Source: Octopus bimaculoides | Lineage: Eukaryota | Reading direction: 5' to 3' | DNA length: 61,541 bases | Assembly (NCBI RefSeq): GCF_001194135.2 | Contig: NC_068984.1 | Coordinates: 141,014,235 to 141,075,775, forward strand | Shown: in pieces, positions 51,301-61,541 of the stretch | How positions within the stretch are numbered: position 1 is the first letter of the stretch | Layout of the letters: each line of letters begins with the position of its first letter | Program-made: the position numbers and the translations under genes | The notes under the pieces: generated by a model | Databases searched by the model: none | Told to the model about the DNA's origin: nothing | The model's input: the letters and a program-made list of their open reading frames with translations, nothing else

Positions 51301-52685
51301 CGAGTTGAATCAGAAGTTCTTTAACCTTGGTTGATGGTCTTCCTAGTGATGGTTAGATGTCAGATAAGGTATAGAAGTATGCGCTGGTGCAGCGCATCGC
51401 TATATCTACTGTTTTCTGGTGATTCCCTAGGCCTGATGGATGATACCTTTGCACTACTTAGGCTAGAACCCTCCAACACATTGCTCTGTTTGAGTAATCG
51501 CTGCCGGTGAGGGATTTACGAAGTCGGAGTGCAAATTCTATCGCACAAAGACCTTTGACAACTGTTGGTTCTTTTGCCTTTCGCCTTTTTAGAACTAAAA
51601 TAGTCACTAAAATATTTTTTCATCTTCAACATGGCGTAAATTTTGAAAGCTAGCCAACAACAAAAATCAGTGAGGTAGAAAGTGTCATCGAAAGTTTCCC
51701 CTTAAGTGAAAATAATTTTCTCCGTGTGGCATTTACCTTCGTGGGTTGTGTAGGTGTGACAGTAGCCAAGGTAGCAGATGCCAGTCGAACAGCAGCAACA
51801 ACATAGCACATTTGAATGCTAGCATCACCAATACCACCATTAATACCATCACCACTAACAACAACAACAACAACAATGACGTCGACGACAGAAATTAGAG
51901 CGAACAAGAAAAAATATTAACAGCAGCAACACCGAAAATGAAAATAACTGTAAACAACGTGCAAAGGCTATGACTACGCATATCTACCACCACCACCACC
52001 ACCACCACCACTACCACCACCACCACCAACACTACCACCCCACCACCACCGTCCACCACCACCACCATAGTAACGGGTATTGATCTGACCACAAACACTA
52101 ATGTTTTAGACTGTCCCTCTTCCAAACTTGGCAATACAACGCCCCCTACTCCTAGTAAGTGGCTCCTACGTCCACCCCTTTATAACTCGTCTTTCTCTGT
52201 TCTCTTTTCTGCTTGAATATTTCCATCTTCTCCTCTCACCTTCTCCACACAACTGCCATTCCTCCAGTGCCCAGCTTGTTATAACCAGAAATGGCTCTGA
52301 CGAAAGCAGCATTAATTTTCTTGGGTCATTCAATTTGCCTCAATTGATCAATAGGCCAACTGCGTAAACCTATCAGTAATGTACCTGCAATGACTACTGG
52401 AAACAGCTGTAAGCCAAACTGCTCTAATAAAGGATAAAATATTTAATGACCATTATTATAAGTTTGTCTATTAAATAAAAGTCTTTGTAAAAACCAGTTT
52501 GTCTGGTGCCCGTCCACGGATTTATAATACAGAATTGTGATGACCATAGCTTTGGACCAAAAGATTACTTGGTGTTCTTCACTTAATCTAAGTAATATTG
52601 TTAGCCTGGTATACCAACGGAGAGCTTATGAAGTATTCTGTCCGGATTGATAATCCCTCACTTCTTGATCAATATATATATATAT

Positions 52686-53003
52686 TGTTGTTGTTGGCAC
52701 TCCGTCGCTTACGACATCGAGGGTTCCAGTTGATCCGATCAACGGAACAGCCTGCTCGTGAAATTAACGTGCAAATGACTGAGCACTCCACAGATACGTG
52801 TACCCTTAACGTAGTTCTCGGGGATATTCAGCGTGACACAGTGTGACAAGGCTGACCCTTTGAATTACAGGCACAACAGAAACAGGAAGTAAGAGTGAGA
52901 GAAAGTTGTGGTGAAAGAGTACAGCACGGTTCGCCACCATCCCCTGCCGGAGCCTTGTGGAACTTTAGGTGTTTTCGCTCAATAAACACTCACAACTGGG
53001 AAT
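52686..53003 (-). mobile_element. SINE family A copy, truncated by N-gap
   Basis: Near-identical to 1853-2220 (gttggcactccgtcgcttacgac...aaacactcacaac). Confidence 0.87.
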
Positions 53004-53496
53004 NNNNNNNNNNNNNNNNNNNNNNNNNNNNNNNNNNNNNNNNNNNNNNNNNNNNNNNNNNNNNNNNNNNNNNNNNNNNNNNNNNNNNNNNNNNNNNNNN
53101 NNNNNNNNNNNNNNNNNNNNNNNNNNNNNNNNNNNNNNNNNNNNNNNNNNNNNNNNNNNNNNNNNNNNNNNNNNNNNNNNNNNNNNNNNNNNNNNNNNNN
53201 NNNNNNNNNNNNNNNNNNNNNNNNNNNNNNNNNNNNNNNNNNNNNNNNNNNNNNNNNNNNNNNNNNNNNNNNNNNNNNNNNNNNNNNNNNNNNNNNNNNN
53301 NNNNNNNNNNNNNNNNNNNNNNNNNNNNNNNNNNNNNNNNNNNNNNNNNNNNNNNNNNNNNNNNNNNNNNNNNNNNNNNNNNNNNNNNNNNNNNNNNNNN
53401 NNNNNNNNNNNNNNNNNNNNNNNNNNNNNNNNNNNNNNNNNNNNNNNNNNNNNNNNNNNNNNNNNNNNNNNNNNNNNNNNNNNNATATTGACAAAC

Positions 53497-53639
53497 CTGT
53501 GATTTTTTGTTGGTAAGATAAATACACTGATTCCATAATGGTAGCCATCCATACTGGCACCTAGATAAATCCATAAGATCATAATTCTTTGGAACTTTCC
53601 CAAGGAACCGATATGGTTCAACAGAACATCAAACTTCAT
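53497..53639 (-). CDS. SLC22: SLC22-family transporter, coding exon 1 (N-terminus, TM1): MKFDVLLNHIGSLGKFQRIMILWIYLGASMDGYHYGISVFILPTKNH-R
   Basis: Typical SLC22 N-terminus (MKFD..L..IG..GKFQ, P..HRC). 143 nt = 47 codons + 2. Donor AG|gtttgt at 53495-53496. In-frame TAA just upstream of the ATG. An upstream acceptor (ttttgcag, 53671-53672) adds 31 nt of 5'UTR. Confidence 0.93.
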
Positions 53640-53751
53640 TTTTGAGATAGTAAGTTTCGGAATTTATAATCTGCAAAAATATAAAGAGAAAAAAAACTGT
53701 TAAAATATGGTCTTATAGATCGAAAATGAAAAGACATTTAGATTATAGCAA

Positions 53752-53956
53752 ATTTGGTTTTAAATGTTTGACACAAAATCAGAAATGTTGAGGGGAGGGG
53801 CTCAGTCGATTACATCGGCTCCACAGTTCAACTGGTACTCATTTTATCGACCTCGAAATAATGAAAGGTAAATTTGAATTGACCGCGTAAAGTCGGATGA
53901 AATGCCGCTAAGCATTTGGTCCGGCGCGCTAACGATTCTACCAGCTCACTGCCTTA
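53752..53956 (-). mobile_element. SINE family B copy
   Basis: gtcgattacatcggc...ggtactc..ttttatcgacctcgaaa...ccagctcactgcctt. Confidence 0.8.
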
Positions 53957-54182
53957 AAATGTAGAAATGATGAAGAACAACATATGTATGTGTGTGTATG
54001 TATGTATGCATGTATGTGTGTATGTATGTATGTATGTATGTATGTATGCATGTATGTATTTTCCCTAAAACTATATATTTTATATATACTTTATCTATAA
54101 GGCTCAATTTAATTTTATGTTTTTATAAATTGATTTTAATTGAGTTTTTACCTGTAATTTTGGATTCTGTCCCTAATATTAT

Positions 54183-54239
<57 letters not shown>

Positions 54240-54639
54240 GACGTATGCAATTTCATAAATTAGATATGGTTATATAGCAGCTACAGTGAAGAAAGACATA
54301 AATAAAACAGCGTTACGAAATCAATATCATGGAAAATTGTTCACAGTTTGTCATATATATTACTCAAAAAACATAATTATATATGCATCCGTCCATAGAT
54401 ACACATACCTGTGCGCACATACACATACATATATGTTAATAAGCTTGTGTATACATACACACACACAAAAAACAAAGACTATTCAGTGGCAATATTTAGG
54501 GTAGATTGCCAACTTTTCATATCATAATCAATCCTATCCATTCTATACAAAGCACTGAGTTGTGTTTGAGATGATGTTTATACAGTATAATATACTTGTT
54601 TTTTTTTTATATATATAATTTATAACGTTTACATTAATA

Positions 54640-55512
54640 CGAGGTTGTAACAAGAAGTTCCCGATTCGTTATGTTTAACAGAAATAACTTTATTTACCTA
54701 AGTTTTAACGCCATCTCCTTCGAAATAGTCACCTTGCGCAGCAATACACCGGTCCCAACATTCCTGACACTTTTGGAATCCGGCATGGAAGTCGTTTTCC
54801 GTAAGTGAGTCGAGGACCTCTTTCGATTCGCTCTGGATCTCAACCACGGTGTTAAAATGGGCAACTTTTGAGCTGCATTTTCATCTTGGAGAAGATATAA
54901 AAGTCCGCAGGGGCTAAGTCTGGCGAATAGGGCGAGTGGGGCCGCGACATCATGTTGTTGTTTTTGGCGAGAAACTCACGATTGAAGAGAATTCAATGAC
55001 AAGGGTGAAGTATTTAATTCTTCGCGCTCCACAGATCCGGTTGCTTTCGCCGAATGTCTTCCTTCAAACGCTCTAAAACGTCATTGTCTTCCGATGATCT
55101 GATGAATTTTTTCCCACATTTCGGGGTGACGCTCGTGGCACGTCTTCCAGATCGCTCGTCGTCTTCCACGGACGTTCTTCCGCTTTTGAAGCTCCCGTGC
55201 CTCTCGAAACATTGCGTACGACCCATTGCCACATCGCTGTAAGATTGCCGATGAATTCTCAATGTCTCCCTAACAGAATTCTCAAGTTTAACGCAAAACT
55301 TCACGTTGGTTCTTCGTTCCAACTTCGTGTCCATGGCAAAAATCGCAGACTACAGCATACACGTGATCACAAAAATACAAATCTCTCAACAGCGATGTCA
55401 CTGAAGGTCACCTCATGAAGGTCATTGCTAGCTCTCACTGCGCACGAAACTGTGCGCTGCCATCTATCGGGGTGCTACAGAACTAGTCAGAGAACTTTTT
55501 GATACCACTTCG
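54640..55512 (-). mobile_element. Internally deleted mariner transposon (873 bp)
   Basis: About 27-bp imperfect TIRs (cgaggttgtaacaagaagttc / gaactttttgataccacttcg), TA at 54638-54639. Transposase N-terminal HTH (55014-55334) followed by HSPYSPDLAPAD and CIAAQGDYFEG; the central DDD region is deleted. Confidence 0.92.
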
Positions 55513-55584
55513 CATGTACTTATTTATATACACTGCATGTGAGTGGATGGTTACTCTATGTATTTGAGGTCCTTTTATCTATAC

Positions 55585-55703
<119 letters not shown>

Positions 55704-56117
55704 CAAGCGATGGTGGGGGACAAACATAGCAAAGTACACTTGTCCAAGGTGTCACACAATGGGACAGAACTTGAAACCATGCGGTTAGAAAGCAAATTTT
55801 GTACCCCACGGACTCTGATATTAATTTTTCTCTCCTTTGTAGAGAATCCAGAAATTATTATGTAATCTTCGGATTTTCTTACCATGATTGACAAAGAATT
55901 CACTGCCAGGACGAAAAGCATTACAGATTAGCTACCATTCTGGAATATTTCTGATGAATATGCTTGTATCTATGTCTTGTGAGAATGTTGTGACAAGCTG
56001 TAACTTGCTACTATTGTCATGAATATTTCCTCAAAACAGCTTCAAGTCTTTAAGAACAAAAGGTGTGGGTGGCATTATATATGTATGGCATTGCATGTAT
56101 GTATGACATTATATGTA

Positions 56118-56372
56118 TTGGGTTGGTGCATAATTATTGCGGCTTTTTTTCAACAAATTTTATTCAACAAAAACAATAACATGTGACAAAAACATCTTTA
56201 AATGATTATTCCGGAGCATATTCACCATCTACTTTAATTACTGCTTATCATTTGCTTGGCAGATGGTCAGACTGTCATTTAAACATGCTTTTGTTAAATA
56301 TTGTTTTTGTTGAATAAAATTTGTTGAAAAAAAAAAAAAAAAAAAAGCCGCAATAATTATGCACCAACCCAA
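56118..56372. mobile_element. Mariner-derived MITE, copy 2
   Basis: Same element as 49151-49401; TA on both sides (56116-56117, 56373-56374). Confidence 0.9.
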
Positions 56373-56374
56373 TA

Positions 56375-56414
<40 letters not shown>

Positions 56415-57164
56415 ATATGTACGTGTGACACTATATGTATGTCTAAGTTTCTTGGATTATATTTAACAAACGTATCTCCAATAGACACAAAGATCTCCAG
56501 CTTAGATACAAAGATCCAGTATGGGAACATAGAAAACATAACTGAAACATTTTGCCAATGCATTTATACAATGATGAATGGATCCATGTTTGTGTGTACC
56601 TTTAAGATTTCTTGAAATTCTTCTGCGTAAATCAAGGCCGGTCGTTAACACGGTGACAATGACCTTTTGTATGAGCCAATGGGTGAGCGTAGAAGTATTC
56701 ATGTATGTGTTAACGTAATAGCACTCTTGCTATGTGCGTATGGAGATGTGTATGCATCAGTCTATCTATCTATCTATCTATCTATCTACCTACCTACCTA
56801 CCTACCTATCTATCTATCTATCTATCTAATTTTAGCCTCCTACGCCAGTCTTCAAAAAAAGTACAACAGAGAAATAAAATATTTTATTCAAAAATGAAGG
56901 AAAAATATGTTATTCTGGCAATTAAGAAGTTTGCTTCATAACTATGAGCTTCCGAGTTCGATTTCACTCAGCAGCACGCAAGGCTGATGTCTTGTACTAG
57001 AGTCTCATATTGACTAATGCTTTGTTAGTAAAATTTGATTGACGACACTAGGAGCCGTTACACACACACACACGCGCGCATACATACATCTCTCTCTATA
57101 TATATCGTCTGTAAAAAACATAAATCCGAAAAAAGAAGCACACTCTAAGATGTAGAACAGTATA

Positions 57165-57317
57165 TATTAAAAATGGGGAAGGCTGGTTTATGGGATTACC
57201 TTAGGTTTCCCGTCCATAAAGGGTTTAGCTTTATGGTGTATCGTCAGATCACAAAAACCTGTTGGCCCATGACCTCTTAAAGGTAATCTCATAAACCGGT
57301 CCCCTACATTTTTAATA
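57165..57317. mobile_element. Small MITE-like foldback element
   Basis: About 35-bp imperfect IR: tattaaaaatggggaaggctggtttatgggattacc / ggtaatctcataaaccggtcccctacatttttaata. Confidence 0.65.
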
Positions 57318-57533
57318 TATGTATATATGTATGTATATGCATGTATATGGATATATGTGTATGTATATATATATATGTATATATATACCGGCCTTATCTA
57401 ACTTTAATATATATATATGTGCATGTACATACACGCAGAATATTTACATTGCAAAACTGTGTCACAGCAAGCGTATTGCGTAGAATACATTCAATACGTT
57501 AGAACAACAAAACTAAATCAAAACAAGCAGAGG

Positions 57534-57617
<84 letters not shown>

Positions 57618-57769
57618 GAGTGAGAGTGAGAGAAAGCGAGAGACAGATAGTAAGAGAGATCGATTCGGATAAGCAAAAGGACAGAAGCGCTAGATTGTGC
57701 AGTTAAATGTCCAATAAAAGTGTTACCTACAATTACTATTGTTGCTGCTAATAACAGTAATAATAATGG

Positions 57770-57920
57770 TTTAAAATTTTGCCACATGGGCACGAATTAT
57801 GGGGGTCCCCTGAAAGACAATGTCGACCTCGGTGGAATTTGAACTCAGAATGTAACGGCAGACGAAATACTGCTAAGCATTTCGCCCGGCGTGCTAACGT
57901 TTCTGCCAGCTCACCGCCTT
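57770..57920 (-). mobile_element. SINE family B copy with internal deletion (another partial copy at 58668-58830)
   Basis: gtcgacctcggtggaatttgaactcagaatgtaacggcagacgaaatactgctaagcatttcgcccggcgtgctaacgtttctgccagctcaccgcctt. Confidence 0.82.
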
Positions 57921-58499
57921 AATGGTAATGATAACAACAACAACAACGACAACAATCCTTACTCCATGTCTGCTTAAATTAATTATTTCCTCGCTCAGTT
58001 GTTGAATGATGATTTTGTAGTACCTATTCTCTAGCGCAGAACATACCTGTCGGACATAAAAACAGTCTCACCTGAAGTTTCACTCCCGTTAAGGTCATTA
58101 ATGTTGTCTGGTTCATCACAAAACTCCCTTTGTTCAAGATAATTAATTAATAGCAGTAAGTAATACAGTCATTAGTGTTTTTATTGGGATACTATTCTAG
58201 AAGCATGGTCAACCAAGTCTGAAAAGGTGACCTTTGCCATCCGATAGTCTTAACCACACAGGACGCCTACCCGGTCTTTTTGAGGTTTCGGGGTATGTTT
58301 TAAGGCGATTCTACCGACAGAGGGATTTTTTCCCCGGTTATAACCAACTGCTAAAACTTACTGTATTTGAATTAATACTTGGTTGTTTGCAGCTTGAAGG
58401 TAAGAATGTAAACCAAAATAGGGATGGTTGAGAACGAAAGGAAGGGCCAAAAGAAATGCAGTTAATCAGTTCCACAGAGCCGCCAAGAATGTTTAAAAT

Positions 58500-58667
58500 G
58501 ATGACTCATCGCGGGAGTGGTTCCAAATGGAGGTTTAAAAGGGGAAACTAAGAGTTTGATGGTGGCTGCTCAAGGTCTAAACACTACTGCTTCCGCAGGC
58601 AAGGCTATTTATTTCGTCGCTTCAACGAACAGTGTTTGCTTATGTAACCAAGAAATTGAAAATATTA
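58500..58667 (+). mobile_element. R4/Dong-type fragment (post-RT, CCHC region)
   Basis: GGLKGETKSLMVAAQGLNT...CLCNQEIENI resembles the R4 pattern GLKGETEGLI.AAQDQAL.T..C..C. Confidence 0.65.
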
Positions 58668-58923
58668 TTTTCTACTCTAGGCACAAGGCCCGAAATTTTA
58701 GGGGAGGGAGCCCGGTGAAATACCAGCAATTTTAGAAGAAGGGGATCAGTTGATTACATTGTTCTCAGTACTGGACTGGAACATATTTTTACGACCCTGA
58801 AAGGATAGAAGGATAAATCGACCTAAGAGTATAATAGTAATATAGACCCTTACATTATCGAATACATGACACTATAAGGCCAGCGACTTACATTCTAGCT
58901 AGTTGCAAACAATTATAAATATC

Positions 58924-59290
58924 GTGGGGCTCCATCGGTTACGACGATGAGGGTCCCAGTTGATCCGATCAATAGAACAGCCTGCTCGTGAAATTAACGT
59001 GCAAGTGGCTGAGCACTCCACAGACACGTGTACCCTTAACGTAGTTCTCGGGGAGATTCAGCGTGACACACAGTGTGACAAGGCTGGCCCTTTGAAATAC
59101 AGGTACAACAAGAAAGAGTGAAAGGTGTGGTGAAAGAATACAGCAGGGTTCGCCACCATCCCCTGTCAGAGTCTCGTGGAGCTTTAGGTGTTTTCGCTCA
59201 ATAAACACTCACAACGCCCGGTCTGAGAATTGAAACCGCAATCCTACGACCGCGAGTCCGCTGCCCTAACCACTGGGCCGTTGCGCCTCC
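58924..59290 (-). mobile_element. SINE family A, full length
   Basis: Ends ccactgggccgttgcgcctcc. 15-bp TSD acaat(t/c)ataaatatc at 58909-58923 and 59291-59305. Confidence 0.88.
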
Positions 59291-59649
59291 ACAATCATAA
59301 ATATCCACGCAATCCACACAAACACATACCCCACATAATCAAGCATAGCCCGAAACTAAGATAAATAACATCAAACAAACATCGTCTACGAAACGCAAAT
59401 AGCACCCAAACGAAACAACGCAGCTCGCGTGTTCTGCGCAGACGACGAATCACTAAAATAACACCAGAAACAACAAATCAATGCGATGCAAAACTGTTGT
59501 AGCATAGAAAGAGAATTTTGCATTTGCCAAATAGACAATACAGCGCCTAACTCAGGAATTGCGTGTGGGGGTGTCTACGCATTGTGGAGCAGTTGAATAG
59601 ATGGTGTTGGTGATGATGATGATGATAATGATGATGATGATGATGATGA

Positions 59650-59697
<48 letters not shown>

Positions 59698-59779
59698 TAA
59701 AGACGATGACAATAGTCACATCGACAGAAATTTGTCTATCTCAGTACTTGACAGGTATTTTATCTTTCTATCCACAAAC

Positions 59780-60298
59780 GATTAAAAAGCAAAGCTGCTT
59801 TGCTGAATGTGCTGGCAACAGATGGACCGTCTGGCTCGTGGAACACGTTCCTTCAACAAGAAACTGAATAACAGTCATTCTAATTTGGTGGGGCGAGGCA
59901 CAACGGTCATTGCGTAAACAATAACGACGGCGATGTCGGCATTTGCCACCACAGCCCACCCTTTTAAGAGTAGCTTCCATTCGGCCCATTTCTGCGTAAA
60001 ACTGGCGACCCTGTTCAATACCTCGTCCCAGTTTTTATCCACCTGGAATTCTGGACCAAACCAGTCTCCAAGCGGTTTAACCGGTCCTTCTGTCCAGAGT
60101 CTACCAGCATCGTAAGACTGCATCGACCTGCCACTCCGGATGCCCAGCTACAAGCTCACCAATTTCTCAGCGTTAATCTTGGCTCCGACCACCGCCTCGT
60201 ATTCGTTTAGAATGATGCCGACCGTCTCTACTTCAATGATATCCGACGTAATGACAGTGACATAGCTGGAGTATGTCGACATAACCATCGCTGGCCCC
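59780..60298 (-). mobile_element. L1/Tx1-clade LINE RT C-terminal fragment (decayed)
   Basis: STYSSYVTVI..EYEAVVGAKINAEK..LG..WTEGPVKPLGDWFGPEFQVDKNWDEV..W..KLLLKGWAVVANA..LE*LLFSFL..RRSICCQ; the YADD motif is destroyed. Confidence 0.82.
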
Positions 60299-61541
60299 AG
60301 TTAGAAAGGAACTTAACTCAACGTTTGTTTCTTTCATTTCTTCATTTACTTACAGAATGCTGACAATTCAGAAACTGGAAACACAAATAGAACCATTTTG
60401 AGGACATCCACACCTTTAATGTTACCATTTCTATAAAACCGCAAGCTATTGCTATGAATCTTGTGAAAAGCGAAGAAATTTTAGTTCGTCCGATACCGTT
60501 TCTAATAAATCTTACACCATCGTAAAGGTTTTCTGTGTTTAAATTTCTGTTAAAATTTCTCTTTCAGTTCTCAACCTTCAACGCCGTCAACAAATTGTTG
60601 AGTTAGTATTTTTTTTTAATGAGTTCTCAGCTAAAGTGAAATTTAATGATTTTTCAAATGTTGAATTTCAAAGTCGTATTTTTTTTCAAAATATATAACT
60701 GGAATTGTGGAATGCTGATTTCTCCAGTAATCTCCTAAATCTCTATAACACCCGAATCCTTATGTGCAGCAGTTTCAATTTTCTCAAGTTCTTAAACTGT
60801 TAATTTTAATATCTCAGTTACATTCTGTTGAAACAAAAATAAAATAAATTTCTATATCTTCTGTCATCTACCTTCGTAGAATTTGTTTTCGATTGAAAGA
60901 AATGTATGCATTTGCAGAAAGTAGTCAGTTGGCCTGATTAGCACATAAGAACTTGATGCTTTCTAGGAATTCCAAATTCTCTCAGTGCAAAGATGTAAAG
61001 ATAAGCACCTGGCTGGTACATGGTAAAGAATATTTTAAAAATTCATATTAACGTCTTTTTGCATACGGTTACAGACAAGTAGACATACGTTTTCACATTA
61101 AAACTATGCAGCTTCACTGGGAACTATAGTTAGCTCTCCATCTTAATATATAAATCTGAAATTGTGTGTTTGTGTGAAGCCTTTTTGAATGTTTATAGAA
61201 ATCCACATTTTCCACTTTTTCGTAAAAATTTTTACATCAATGGAATTTTCTCGATCTGAACTTTCCAGTGCAGTAATTAGATTTTTTAAATTCCGTTTAC
61301 TTTGTGTGATTTAAGGGAGATTTGGCTGTTGTTTCTAGCAACTTTTATATTTCATCCCTGCTACCTGGAACGTCATTCTTACACACGCGCTCAACATAAA
61401 AATATAGAGAGTAAAAGTAAAAGAGGGAGAGGGAGAGAGAGAGAGAAAGTGATACATACAACGTCATAGATTAAACTTTCATCTCAGTATTCTTTACCTA
61501 TTTTTCATAACATAGATACGTAAAAACATACACAACCACAC

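Overview
AT-rich, microsatellite-dense animal genomic DNA with about 12 N-gaps. It is almost certainly Octopus: the dominant SINE families are ones I recognise from octopus genomes, by recall rather than a search. The one host gene I can support is a minus-strand SLC22 (organic cation/carnitine/anion transporter, MFS) gene. Seven coding exons were reconstructed by hand with GT-AG boundaries: 53497-53639, 46026-46245, 43361-43464, 41797-41951, 13936-14148, 12622-12848 and 10055-10236, about 416 aa in total. One internal exon (TM4-TM6) and the 3' exon(s) (TM12/C-terminus) were not found and probably lie in N-gaps or outside the window. The rest is intron and intergenic DNA packed with tRNA-derived SINEs, decayed R4/Dong-type, RTE and Tx1/L1 non-LTR retrotransposons, mariner derivatives and MITEs, Penelope-like terminal repeats with hammerhead-like motifs, and simple repeats. 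Four observations stand out. (1) A ~93%-identical inverted SINE pair brackets exons 2+3 almost symmetrically; these exons total 324 nt, are phase 2-2, and stay stop-free across a back-splice junction. (2) A 326-bp zero-spacer palindrome lies in the large intron. (3) A head-to-head pair of Penelope-type hammerhead repeats is nested in an R4 element. (4) A 15-copy E-box minisatellite lies in the same intron. There is no CRISPR, rRNA or intact tRNA. Most ORF-track entries are microsatellite or gap artefacts.
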